Assembly (NCBI GenBank): GCA_947446025.1
Contig: CANFEY010000008.1
Span: forward strand, 5,946-69,945
Direction of reading: 5' to 3'
Length of the DNA stretch: 64,000 bases
Source of the DNA: Bryobacterales bacterium
GTDB taxonomy: Bacteria > Acidobacteriota > Terriglobia > Bryobacterales > Bryobacteraceae
Below the pieces are notes generated by a model. It was not told the origin of the DNA, searched no databases, and was given only the letters and a program-made list of their open reading frames with translations. This document shows, piece after piece, positions 45,382-54,424 of the stretch. A program made the translations under genes and the position numbers. How positions within the stretch are numbered: the stretch's first letter is position 1; every line of letters starts with the position of its first letter.

Positions 45382-47913
45382 GTGAGCTTGGATCGATACC
45401 GCGAGAAGCGGAAGTTCGCCGACACGCCGGAGCCAGCAGGCGAGAGTGCCGAAGGTACCCAGCAGTACTGCGTTCAGCGTCACCACGCACGTCACCTTCA
45501 TTACGACCTGCGCCTGGAAGTCGGCGGCACGCTCAAATCGTGGGCAGTCCCCAAGGGGCCCACGCTGGACCCTGTGGAAAAACGCCTCGCGATGATGGTT
45601 GAGGATCATCCCATCGAATACGGGAACTTTGAAGGCGTCATTCCCGCAGGCAACTACGGAGCAGGCAGCGTGATGCTGTGGGATCGCGGATCATACGAAC
45701 TGCTTGGTGACGCCACGGCAGAGCAACAACTTGCGCGCGGCGACTTCAAGTTTCGCCTGCATGGCGAAAAGGTCCGCGGTGAGTTCGCGTTGGTCCGCAC
45801 CAAGCGCGGCAAGGGCAATGAGTGGCTGCTCATCAAGAAGAAAGACCCCGCAGCAGTCCCCGGCTGGGATCTAGAAGAGCACGCGCGCAGTGTGCTGAGC
45901 GGCCGCACCCAGGAAGAGATAGCCCAGGGCTTGGAAGCAAAACCCCCAGCGTCAAAGGTGAAGCTGCCCAAGGGAGCCGTGAAGGCCGCCATGCCGAAGT
46001 CCGTGACGCCGATGCTGGCGGAGATCGGACGCGGCGAGCCGCCCTCCGGTGACGACTGGCTCTACGAGGTCAAATGGTACGGCGTGCGCGCGCTGTGCTT
46101 CATCGAAAGTGGCCGCGTGCGTTTGGTCTCAAGAAACGGCAATATCATGGATGCTCAGTATCCTGAGCTGTCGGTGCTGCCTCACCACTTGAAGCTCCGC
46201 GATGCGATTGTGGACGCTGAGATTGCCGCGCTGGACGAACGCGGCGCGCCGAGTTTCGAGCGCCTGCAGCAGCGCATCAACGTCTCCGAAGCCAGCGCCA
46301 TTGCGCTTCTACGCCCTCACCATCCGGCGGTCCTTTATGTATTCGATTTGTTATACGCCGACGGCCACGACCTGCGCGGCGTGCCGATCGAAGAGCGCAA
46401 GCGTGTGTTGAAGGAAGCACTCACCCCTTCGGATACGATCCGGTACTCCGAGCACTTTGAAGGCGGCGGAGCCGAACTGCTGGCCGCAGTCAAGCAACAA
46501 GGCATCGAAGGCGTCATCGGCAAGCGCCGAGGCAGCTTCTACCAATCGCGGCGTGGCGCGGACTGGGTCAAGTACAAGGTGCAGTCGTCCGATTCCTTCG
46601 TTCTCTGCGGCTTCACCAAAGGCGAACGCGACCATTTCGGCGCGCTGGTGCTCGGCTCCTACGAAGGCACGAAGTTGAAGTGGGCCGGCAACGTCGGCAC
46701 CGGCTTTGACCAGAAGTTGATGAAGGCGATCCATGGCAAGCTCGCGCCCCTGGCTGTGGAAAAGTGCCCGCTGGAACCCGAGAAGGAGCTGCCGAAGAAG
46801 GACGTGACCTGGGTCCGCCCGGAACTCATGTGCGAGGTCCGCTACGCCAATCGCACCGGCGACGGGCGCCTGCGCGCGCCCGTGTTTGCTGGCCTCCGCA
46901 CCGACATCGACCCCGCGCCGCAACACGAGCCGCTGCTTGCATCTGACCTCGCTGAGGTGATCGTCACCATCGACACCCATCGCCTGAAGTTCACCAACCT
47001 CAAAAAGGTGTTCTACCCTCGCGAAGGTTTCACCAAGCGCGACCTGCTCAATTACTACAACGCCGCGGCGCCGTTGATCCTGCCGCATCTTAAAGATAGA
47101 CCGCTCTCTCTCAAGCGATACCCCAACGGCATCGACGCCGATTTCTTCTTCCAAAAGGAAGTCGCCGACAGTTTCCCCAAGTGGCTCCACACGGCCCCGG
47201 CCGACGGCGTCCGCCACGTCATCGGGAATGACCGCGCGACTCTGCTCTTTCTGGTCAACCTGGGATGCATCGACCACAATCCTTGGATGAGCCGCATCGG
47301 CTCGCTGGAGCACCCCGACTACCTCTTGATCGACCTGGACCCCCAAGAGTGCGGCTACGCCAAGATCGTGGAAGCGGCGTTGGTCGTCCGCGCCAAGCTC
47401 GACCGCGCGGAGCTCGAGAGCTTCCCCAAGACCACCGGCGGCGACGGCATGCACCTCTTCGTCCCACTGGCTCCGGAGTACACCTACGAACAAGTCCGCG
47501 CGTTCGCGGAGTTGCTGTCAGTGATGGTTTCGAGCGAACGCCCCGACCTCTTCACTACCCCCCGCGCGGTCTCAAAGCGCGAAAAGGGCAAAGTCTACTT
47601 CGACTGGCAGCAGATCGCGATGGGCAAAACGATCTCGGCTCCGTATGTTGCCCGGGCTTATGCAGGCGCTCCGGTTGCGACGCCGATCAAGTGGGAAGAG
47701 GTTACCCCGAAGCTGACGTCGGAGCAATTCCACATCGGCAACGTGCTGGGGCGCTTTGATCGATTGGGTGACCTGTTTGCGGGAGTCTTGGCGAGTCCAC
47801 AGAGTTTGGAAAAAGCGCTAGAGAGGTTGGCCGCGCAGGGTACAATGACTCTAGATCAGAAGCCGCAGCCGGGAGGCATGGGAGGGCAATATGGACGTGC
47901 AGAAAACGATTGA
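45382..47913 (+). CDS. ligD: DNA ligase D (phosphoesterase-ligase-polymerase)
   Basis: PE domain: YREKRKFADTPEP, HHARHLHYDLRLE. Ligase domain: motif I EVKWYGVRA, plus FDLLY, EGVIGKR and WVKYK. Pol domain: LLIDLDP, KTTGGDGMHLFVPL. GTG 45382 follows AGGGGG; the ORF is open from 45358. Confidence 0.9.
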   Translation: MSLDRYREKRKFADTPEPAGESAEGTQQYCVQRHHARHLHYDLRLEVGGTLKSWAVPKGPTLDPVEKRLAMMVEDHPIEYGNFEGVIPAGNYGAGSVMLWDRGSYELLGDATAEQQLARGDFKFRLHGEKVRGEFALVRTKRGKGNEWLLIKKKDPAAVPGWDLEEHARSVLSGRTQEEIAQGLEAKPPASKVKLPKGAVKAAMPKSVTPMLAEIGRGEPPSGDDWLYEVKWYGVRALCFIESGRVRLVSRNGNIMDAQYPELSVLPHHLKLRDAIVDAEIAALDERGAPSFERLQQRINVSEASAIALLRPHHPAVLYVFDLLYADGHDLRGVPIEERKRVLKEALTPSDTIRYSEHFEGGGAELLAAVKQQGIEGVIGKRRGSFYQSRRGADWVKYKVQSSDSFVLCGFTKGERDHFGALVLGSYEGTKLKWAGNVGTGFDQKLMKAIHGKLAPLAVEKCPLEPEKELPKKDVTWVRPELMCEVRYANRTGDGRLRAPVFAGLRTDIDPAPQHEPLLASDLAEVIVTIDTHRLKFTNLKKVFYPREGFTKRDLLNYYNAAAPLILPHLKDRPLSLKRYPNGIDADFFFQKEVADSFPKWLHTAPADGVRHVIGNDRATLLFLVNLGCIDHNPWMSRIGSLEHPDYLLIDLDPQECGYAKIVEAALVVRAKLDRAELESFPKTTGGDGMHLFVPLAPEYTYEQVRAFAELLSVMVSSERPDLFTTPRAVSKREKGKVYFDWQQIAMGKTISAPYVARAYAGAPVATPIKWEEVTPKLTSEQFHIGNVLGRFDRLGDLFAGVLASPQSLEKALERLAAQGTMTLDQKPQPGGMGGQYGRAEND

Positions 47914-48193
47914 GTTTCTCCTGGAAACGCAGGTCCGGCATGACGGCCAGATCGCGGAGGTCCGTGACGCCCAGAGAATTTCCCACGCACAGCACGCCGC
48001 GGAAATCGCGGAAATGCGGCAGGCGCAGAAGCTGACGCAAGAGGCGCAGCGAATCAGCCACGCGCAGCACTCGACAGAGATTGCGGAGATCCGCGAAATG
48101 CTGGGGCAAACCATAAAACTTGTGGCCGGCGTCGCGCAGATCGCCGACCAGCACCACAACCGCATACAGTCTCTAGAGGGTGGCCGGGCGTAG
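47891..48193 (+). CDS. small coiled-coil protein with internal repeat
   Basis: 100-aa ORF overlapping the ligD 3' end by 23 nt. It contains AQRISHAQH(A/S)(A/T)EIAE(M/I)R twice. No family assigned. Confidence 0.4.
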   Translation: MDVQKTIEFLLETQVRHDGQIAEVRDAQRISHAQHAAEIAEMRQAQKLTQEAQRISHAQHSTEIAEIREMLGQTIKLVAGVAQIADQHHNRIQSLEGGRA

Positions 48194-48211
48194 GACCCGG
48201 AGCCCGCCTTC

Positions 48212-48952
48212 ATGGGAAATTCCACAATCGTTGTCCCCTGCTATAACGAAGCGAAGCGGCTCCGCAGCGGAGTCTTCCTCGAATACCTGCGAACGCACCG
48301 CGGCACGTCCTTCCTATTCGTCGACGACGGCAGCAAGGATGGCACGCTACAGGTTCTGAACACTCTGCAGCAATCCAACCCCGAGCAAGTCTCCGTCCTG
48401 CCGCTGGCTCAGAACGGCGGCAAGGGCGAAGCGGTCCGCCAGGGGCTGATGCAAGCCGTGAAGCTTCAACCTTCCGGCTACGTCGGCTATTGGGACGCGG
48501 ATCTTGCTACGCCGCTGGAAGCGATTGAGGACCTGCAAGGCATCCTAGACGGGCAGCCCCGCATTCGGATTGTGATGGGTTCGCGCGTCCGTCTGCTGGG
48601 GCGCTTCATCGCGCGTAAGGCCGCGCGGCACTACCTGGGCCGTGTGTTCGCCACATGCGCATCGCTGACTCTACGCTTGGCCGTCTACGATACCCAGTGC
48701 GGAGCTAAACTCCTGCGAGTCACGTCCGAACTGCCTGGACTTCTTGTCCAGCCGTTCTGTTCCCGCTGGATTTTCGACGTGGAGCTGATCGCCCGCTTTG
48801 CGCAGAAATTCCCCACCGCGGCCGGCGACCCCGAATGGATCTACGAATTTCCGCTTCACCGCTGGGAAGACATTGAGGGGTCAAAGCTCAAAGCCTTCGA
48901 CTTCCTCCGCGCCGCGCAGGACCTGCTGGAAATCCGCAGCCGCTATCGTTAG
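48212..48952 (+). CDS. family 2 glycosyltransferase (polyprenyl-phosphate sugar synthase-like)
   Basis: IVVPCYNEAKRL...FLFVDDGSKDGT GT2 signatures. Confidence 0.8.
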   Translation: MGNSTIVVPCYNEAKRLRSGVFLEYLRTHRGTSFLFVDDGSKDGTLQVLNTLQQSNPEQVSVLPLAQNGGKGEAVRQGLMQAVKLQPSGYVGYWDADLATPLEAIEDLQGILDGQPRIRIVMGSRVRLLGRFIARKAARHYLGRVFATCASLTLRLAVYDTQCGAKLLRVTSELPGLLVQPFCSRWIFDVELIARFAQKFPTAAGDPEWIYEFPLHRWEDIEGSKLKAFDFLRAAQDLLEIRSRYR

Positions 48953-48953
48953 C

Positions 48954-49493
48954 TCACCAACACTTCCACGTCAGCACTGCGGCACCAACCAGGAATCCGA
49001 TGCCCGCTTGATATTCCTGGTTGCGGATGTAGACTGCCAACTGAAACCGTTTGGTTCCACTGGACCCGTTGAAGTGCGGAAAGAACGGCGGCACCCGCTC
49101 GGCATAACCAGCGTACTCGGGAAACAAGCTGCGCAAGTGCTGCTCTTCGAGTTCCACCACGGGCAAGTAAATCAACAGGAACACCGCTGCGAACAGCAGG
49201 CCTAGTTCCCACCGCCGGGACGCCACCGCAAATCCCGCAGCCACGGTTAGCGTGCCCACGTACAATGGATTCCGTAAGTACGCGTACGGGCCGCTCTGGG
49301 CCAATGTGCGGTTTTTCTCCAAGTGCCCAGCCGCCCACGCGCGCAGCGCCAGCCCCAACAACGAGATCAATAGCCCATAGACCAGCGATCCCCACGTGGG
49401 TGCCGCCAGCCACAGGAAGGCGGCCACCAAAACGAATCCACCGGGCACGCGCAATTTCGCCACCCGATCCGCGTACGCCTTAGGAAAGTGCAT
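48954..49493 (-). CDS. ICMT/PEMT-like membrane methyltransferase
   Basis: Multi-TM protein with the GPYAYLRNPLYVG motif characteristic of isoprenylcysteine carboxyl / phospholipid methyltransferases. Confidence 0.7.
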   Translation of the reverse strand: MHFPKAYADRVAKLRVPGGFVLVAAFLWLAAPTWGSLVYGLLISLLGLALRAWAAGHLEKNRTLAQSGPYAYLRNPLYVGTLTVAAGFAVASRRWELGLLFAAVFLLIYLPVVELEEQHLRSLFPEYAGYAERVPPFFPHFNGSSGTKRFQLAVYIRNQEYQAGIGFLVGAAVLTWKCW

Positions 49494-50406
49494 TCAGCAC
49501 CTCAAGAACCTCGCCCGGCTGAATGGCGCGCATACTGGGGTCTTCTTCCTCGCGCCGTTTATAAGACGTCACCGCATCCGCGCTTCGCAACACCCGTATC
49601 GTTCCCCCATATGGTCCGTGTGACGCCGGGTCTGTTGGACCGTAAATCGCCACACCTTGCTTGGACAACGCCGCGGCCAAATGCAGCGGTCCGCTATCCA
49701 CTCCGACTACCGTGTGCGCGCGCCGCGTGGCGTCGATCAATCCTGGAATGCCGGAGATGTGGACCTGCGCTCCAGGCACTCGGCCCAGCGTCTCGGCCGC
49801 CGCCTGCGTTCCGTTTAGTACGAGAGGCATCTTCAATCCCGCCGCCAATTCTTCATAGTATTCGAGCGGCCATTGCTTGCTCGCCCATCCGGCCAGCGGG
49901 CAGGCCAGCACGAAGGGACCCTTCGGCAACCATCCCTCGGGCCGCCCCTGCGGCAGCGGAAACGTAGTCACTGTATTCGTTGCGCCCGCCGCGGCTGCAA
50001 TCTCCAAGTAGCTGTCCACCCGATGCACCGCTGTTGTCTTCACCGCCGTCGAGTACACCATTGCGGCCAACGGCTCCCGAGCCTGTGACCGGTCCAGCCC
50101 GACAATCTTCTCCGCCCGCGCGGCCGCCGCCACCAAGGACGATTGAATCAGCCCCTGCAAATCCACCGCGAGTTGAAACCGCTCCCGCCGCAGCCGCCGC
50201 CACGCCGCTGAAAGCCCCGCTGCCGTCCGCTGATAGGGGATGATTTCGTCCACATACGGATTGCCTTCCAGCAGCGGGGCCCATTGCGGCTTGATGATCC
50301 AACTCAGATGGCTGCGCGGAAAGCTGTGCTTCAGGCTGGCCACCGCGGGCAGGGCATGGATCACATCCCCGAGCGAGCCCAGCCGGATCACCAGTATGCG
50401 GAACAT
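49480..50406 (-). CDS. family 9 glycosyltransferase (LPS heptosyltransferase, WaaC-like)
   Basis: ILVIRLGSLGDVIHALPAVASLK N-terminal GT9 signature. Confidence 0.8.
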   Translation of the reverse strand: MFRILVIRLGSLGDVIHALPAVASLKHSFPRSHLSWIIKPQWAPLLEGNPYVDEIIPYQRTAAGLSAAWRRLRRERFQLAVDLQGLIQSSLVAAAARAEKIVGLDRSQAREPLAAMVYSTAVKTTAVHRVDSYLEIAAAAGATNTVTTFPLPQGRPEGWLPKGPFVLACPLAGWASKQWPLEYYEELAAGLKMPLVLNGTQAAAETLGRVPGAQVHISGIPGLIDATRRAHTVVGVDSGPLHLAAALSKQGVAIYGPTDPASHGPYGGTIRVLRSADAVTSYKRREEEDPSMRAIQPGEVLEVLNALS

Positions 50407-50410
50407 CGGA

Positions 50411-50743
50411 TTACTTCGCGGCCTGCTGGCGCAAGCCTACGTGTTGGATGAGCTGCTCCAAACGCTGAGAGTCTTCCGCTTCCAAACGAGTCTCAGCCGC
50501 GATCCCCTCGGTGACGAAGTCGACGCAAGCCAGCCCTGCCACCAACTGCGCGCGCGCGGCATTCGGCAGAATCGCATTGTCCGGCGTCGCAATCACAACG
50601 ACCAGAGGCCGTCCACTGACTTTCAGCCCCGCCAGACGCTGCGCGTGCGCCAGGGTAAGTGGATCAAAATACCCGCTGACCGTCACTGCTCCGTTGATAG
50701 CGCGAGCCGCATCGGCGCCAATAATTTTCGTTCGAGTGTCCAA
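50411..50743 (-). CDS. cytidylyltransferase-like (HldE domain II-like) small protein with degenerate HxGH motif
   Basis: VTVSGYFDPLTLAHAQRL aligns with GxFDxxHxGH of nucleotidyltransferases, but the first His is missing. It is only 110 aa and lies between two heptosyltransferase genes. Confidence 0.5.
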   Translation of the reverse strand: MDTRTKIIGADAARAINGAVTVSGYFDPLTLAHAQRLAGLKVSGRPLVVVIATPDNAILPNAARAQLVAGLACVDFVTEGIAAETRLEAEDSQRLEQLIQHVGLRQQAAK

Positions 50744-50747
50744 CTTT

Positions 50748-51758
50748 CTATTTCAGCAGTTCCAGCGCCGTCAGCGCTACTCTCTCCGCCGAAACCCGCG
50801 TCATGCAGCGATGGTCAATCGGGCACTCCCGCTTCAAACAAGGGCTGCATTCCACGTTTTCGCGAATCACGCGCGCCAGCGGACCGGTGGGCCCGGTAGT
50901 CACGTGGTTCGTGGCGCCGAAGACAGCGACGGTCGGCAATCCCAGCGCCGAGGCGATATGCATCGGTCCCGAATCGTTCGTCAGGTACAGCCGGCACGCC
51001 GCCGCAAGCTCGATGTATTCGCCCAGTGAAGTCTGGCCCGCGAAGTTGTGGCCCGGCACGGTGAGCGCGCGCGCGACCTCTTCGCAAACGTCCCGCTCCG
51101 CCGCGGACCCAAAGATCGCCACGCGTGCTCCCAGGTCCAGGGCCACGCGGGATGCCGACTCCGCGAACCGCTCCGGCAGCCACCGCTTCGCCGATCCGTA
51201 GGCGGCACCGGGGCTGACGCCGACAATTACCTCACCCATTTCCAGAGCTGCAAATCGCTCCAATCCCGCCGCCCGTGCGGCCGCTGCTCCATCCAGACGG
51301 ATGGCCGGACTCTCCGGCATGTGATCGAGTATGCCCGCGCGATGCAGCAGTTCCAGATAGTAGAAGCGCTCATGCGCCCCCGGCTTCGGCACGGGAACAG
51401 CCTTGGTCAACAGCAGAGAGCGTCCATCGCGCGCATACCCGATACGTTCCGGGATGCGAGTCGCGTAGGCAACCAGGGCAGCCTCAAACGCATTCTGCAG
51501 CAGGATGGCCATGTCAAACCCGCGCGCGCGCAGCGCTTTTCCCGCCGCCCATTTCTCGCCGAGCGACTTCGGCGAGTAAGCGATGAGTTCGTCGCAGAAA
51601 GGCTCTCGCCCATACAGGTCGCCCACCCAAGGCTTGGCGAGGATCGCAATATGTGCAGAGGGATACCGTCCCCGCAGAGCGCGCAGGGCAGGGAGGCTCA
51701 TCACTGCGTCCCCAACCCAGTTGGTCGCGCGCACCAGTATTTTCTTTGGATCACCCAA
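50748..51758 (-). CDS. waaF: LPS heptosyltransferase II (GT9)
   Basis: ILVRATNWVGDAVMSLPALRAL and C-terminal ...TNDSGPMHIASALGLPTVAVFG GT9 blocks. Confidence 0.8.
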   Translation of the reverse strand: MGDPKKILVRATNWVGDAVMSLPALRALRGRYPSAHIAILAKPWVGDLYGREPFCDELIAYSPKSLGEKWAAGKALRARGFDMAILLQNAFEAALVAYATRIPERIGYARDGRSLLLTKAVPVPKPGAHERFYYLELLHRAGILDHMPESPAIRLDGAAAARAAGLERFAALEMGEVIVGVSPGAAYGSAKRWLPERFAESASRVALDLGARVAIFGSAAERDVCEEVARALTVPGHNFAGQTSLGEYIELAAACRLYLTNDSGPMHIASALGLPTVAVFGATNHVTTGPTGPLARVIRENVECSPCLKRECPIDHRCMTRVSAERVALTALELLK

Positions 51759-51788
51759 TTCTTCAGTGTAGAGTTATTCTGGAGCTAG

Positions 51789-52049
51789 ATGGTCCCTGAC
51801 CCCAACCTCGCCATCCTACTCATCGCTTGCGGCACCCTGGCTATCTATGCCGAACTCTGCCGCCCGGGCCGCGTAGTCCCCGGCGTTCTGGGCGGCATCG
51901 CTTTCGTGGTTGGCCTGGCATCGCTGCATCGTGGGGAGCGTCCTCCAGACTGGCCTTTCGCGCTTATGGTGCTGGTCCCGTTAGCCGCTCTCACGGTTTT
52001 CCTGCTGAAGATCGCCGTGCGGGCGCGCCGCAACAAACGGTCCGCCTAA
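51789..52049 (+). CDS. small membrane protein (NfeD N-terminal-like TM segments)
   Basis: 86 aa, three hydrophobic helices. NLAILLIACGTLAIYAELCRPG..PGVLGGIAFVVGL resembles NfeD membrane regions. Confidence 0.5.
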   Translation: MVPDPNLAILLIACGTLAIYAELCRPGRVVPGVLGGIAFVVGLASLHRGERPPDWPFALMVLVPLAALTVFLLKIAVRARRNKRSA

Positions 52050-52097
52050 GTTCGACGTGCACGTCCGCGCCACTGCCTGCGTCAACAGAGTTAGGAT

Positions 52098-52759
52098 ATG
52101 CTGCGCACGCTAACTCTTCTCCTCAGCGCCTGCATCGGAGCTGCCGCCCAGCCGGCCTTTGAAGTCGTCTCCATCAAGCCGGTGCCCCACCCGACGCCCG
52201 GCGGCACGTTTCGGGTTGGCTTCAATATCGAAGCCAACCGAGTGGAGATTCTCGGCTACGGACTCAACGGGATCATCGCCCGGGCCTTTCAAGTGGAGTC
52301 ACAGCAAGTGGATCTGCACGGCTTCGGCGGCCTCGAGTCCTTCGAAGTACACGCCAAGCTGCCCGAGGGAGCCACGCGAGCTCAGGTGCCCGTGGAGACC
52401 ATCGGAAAGAACGGCATGAAGCTCCCTCGTCTTCCCGACGCACGCCGGAAACCTCGCCGTCCATTCGCCGCTCCAATGGCACTACGCGCAACCTCTCTAT
52501 CGGCACCGTGTCTTCGTTGTTTCCCGTCATGAACTATTTCGGGCGCTTCCCGCAAATGGTGGATCAAACGGGACTCAAGGGCATCTACACCTGGGTTCGC
52601 TATACTCCTCTCACCAACGCAAACTTGGACTTCTTCGACGCTGAGCACGAGGCCTTCCAAGCCATGCTGGAAGCCGCCGGCCTGAAGCTGGAGGCCCGCA
52701 AGGTTCCCAGAGAAACCATCGTCGTCGACTATTTGGAGAAGCTGCCGACGGAGAATTGA
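52098..52759 (+). pseudogene. TIGR03435-like secreted protein, frameshifted and internally deleted
   Basis: Signal peptide and FEVVSIKP...FEVHAKLPEGATRAQ are in one frame. ...RNLSIGTVSSLFPVMNYFGRFPQMVDQTGLKG...ETIVVDYLEKLPTEN* is in another. The LL..RF.L..HRE block is absent. Confidence 0.65.
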
Positions 52760-52829
52760 ATCTCATCCAAATCCCGGCGTCAAATTGGGGTACCCTATTC
52801 CCTGACACGCAGACGCGAGGAGGATTTCG

Positions 52830-53678
52830 ATGAATCGTTTTCAATGGATGGCTGTGGCGGGCGCATTGCTGGTTCCGGTGGCCGGCTATGCGCAGGTATC
52901 CTGTACGCGCGAAGGTTTGAAGGCCGCGACGGATCTCTACGTTGCGGCGCAGACGAAAGGCGATACGGCGGGGCTGCCGCTGGCGATGGGCTTGGGCTAC
53001 GTTGAGAACTTCAAGCCGATGGCGATCAACGAAGGGCTGATCAAGAAGGCGATGAAGATCGACCGCCATAGCAGTCTGCTGGACACCTCGACGTGCCAGA
53101 CGTTCACGGAAGTGATCGTGACGGACAAGACGGCTCCGCATGTGTTGGGCACGCGGATGCGGATCAATCACGGGCTGATTGCGGAGATCGAGATGCTGTG
53201 GACGACCACGGGCTACTGGTTGTTCAACGCGGACAACTACCTGAAGTATGCGGCAGCGGAGGATTGGGGCACCATTCCGGCGGCCAAGCGGGATACGCGC
53301 GCGACGCTGGAGTCGGCGGCGGGTGCGTACTTGGATGCGTTCCTGGAAGGCAAGATGGACCTGGTCCCGTGGGGTTTTCCGTGCAACCGGACCGAGGGAG
53401 GCATGCACACAGGAACCGGAGTGGCGACCGATAGCTGCCAAGTCGGCGTGCCGAGCGGGGTGAACATCGCGAACCGACACTTTGTGGTGGATGAGACGAT
53501 CGGCGCGGTGGTCGTGTTTTGCACGTTCGGCGCGGGCGGTCCGAACGGCGGTAGCGGGGCGCCGGACACGCATTTGTTCCGCGTGGAGAATGGCAAGCTG
53601 CGGTTCGTGCATACGCTGACGCACTTGTTGCAGGCGAATTTTTCGGGGCAGGCGAAGGGGAAGGCGAAGCAGGAGTAG
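52830..53678 (+). CDS. secreted hypothetical protein
   Basis: 282 aa with signal peptide MNRFQWMAVAGALLVPVAGYAQ. Normal composition; GGAGGA RBS. No family recognised. Confidence 0.65.
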   Translation: MNRFQWMAVAGALLVPVAGYAQVSCTREGLKAATDLYVAAQTKGDTAGLPLAMGLGYVENFKPMAINEGLIKKAMKIDRHSSLLDTSTCQTFTEVIVTDKTAPHVLGTRMRINHGLIAEIEMLWTTTGYWLFNADNYLKYAAAEDWGTIPAAKRDTRATLESAAGAYLDAFLEGKMDLVPWGFPCNRTEGGMHTGTGVATDSCQVGVPSGVNIANRHFVVDETIGAVVVFCTFGAGGPNGGSGAPDTHLFRVENGKLRFVHTLTHLLQANFSGQAKGKAKQE

Positions 53679-53682
53679 TCCG

Positions 53683-54105
53683 TTACGTCCACGGATTGAA
53701 GACGGGGACGTTGGCGGCTTCGAAGTCCTTGGTGTTGCGGGTGGCGACTGTGAGGTTGTGCTCCAGCGCGGTGGCGGCGAGCAGGCCGTCGATGATGGGG
53801 AGGTTCCGGCGATGTGATCGCGCATTGGCCTCCAGAAGTCCCCAGCGCTCGGCTACGGCTCCATCGATGGGTAGCAGTCGGCTACCGAATTGCGAGCGGA
53901 GTCCTGTCTCGAGCCAGATCTGGAGATGCGTTTTGCGCCGTCCGTCCGGCAGGCCTTCGATGCCTTTCCGGATTTCACCCAGCGTCAGCACGCTTAGGTA
54001 GAACAACGAGAAATCCGTATCGCGGAGCCAAGCTGCTACGCGGGCGTTCGGTTTGGGTTTGATGTCCTCGGAGATACAGTTGGTATCAAGAAGAAAGCCC
54101 TTCAT
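53683..54105 (-). CDS. vapC: PIN-domain toxin VapC
   Basis: FLLDTNCISE... N-terminal PIN acidic residue, with further D/E positions and a C-terminal ...ATRNTKDF. Confidence 0.9.
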   Translation of the reverse strand: MKGFLLDTNCISEDIKPKPNARVAAWLRDTDFSLFYLSVLTLGEIRKGIEGLPDGRRKTHLQIWLETGLRSQFGSRLLPIDGAVAERWGLLEANARSHRRNLPIIDGLLAATALEHNLTVATRNTKDFEAANVPVFNPWT

Positions 54106-54377
54106 AACTTGATGTCGCGACCGACTTCTTTGTTCCGGCGCAGGTCCAGTTTGACGCCCATCAGCGGCGACTGGCGAAGGAAGTCGTGCAGGTTTTGCGG
54201 CTTGCCCTTTGGCTGGGTAAGCTTCACGTATTCCTCTGTTGGAATCATTGTCACGGATTCCTTGCCTTGACGAGTGATGTGTTGCGGACCCTCGGTACGG
54301 GCCTTGCGGAAGAGTTCGCTGAATCGGGCTTTGGCGGTTTGGAGTTGCCAGTCGGAAGTGGATTGGGTGGCTTTCAT
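54102..54377 (-). CDS. Phd/YefM-type antitoxin (VapB partner)
   Basis: ...AKARFSELFRKARTEGPQHITRQGKESVTMIPTEEY Phd/YefM pattern, with a 4-nt overlap with vapC. Confidence 0.85.
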   Translation of the reverse strand: MKATQSTSDWQLQTAKARFSELFRKARTEGPQHITRQGKESVTMIPTEEYVKLTQPKGKPQNLHDFLRQSPLMGVKLDLRRNKEVGRDIKL

Positions 54378-54424
54378 GACTAGTCTGACTAGTTTTAGGG
54401 TAGCACCCGGAGTACTTGCGCGCT

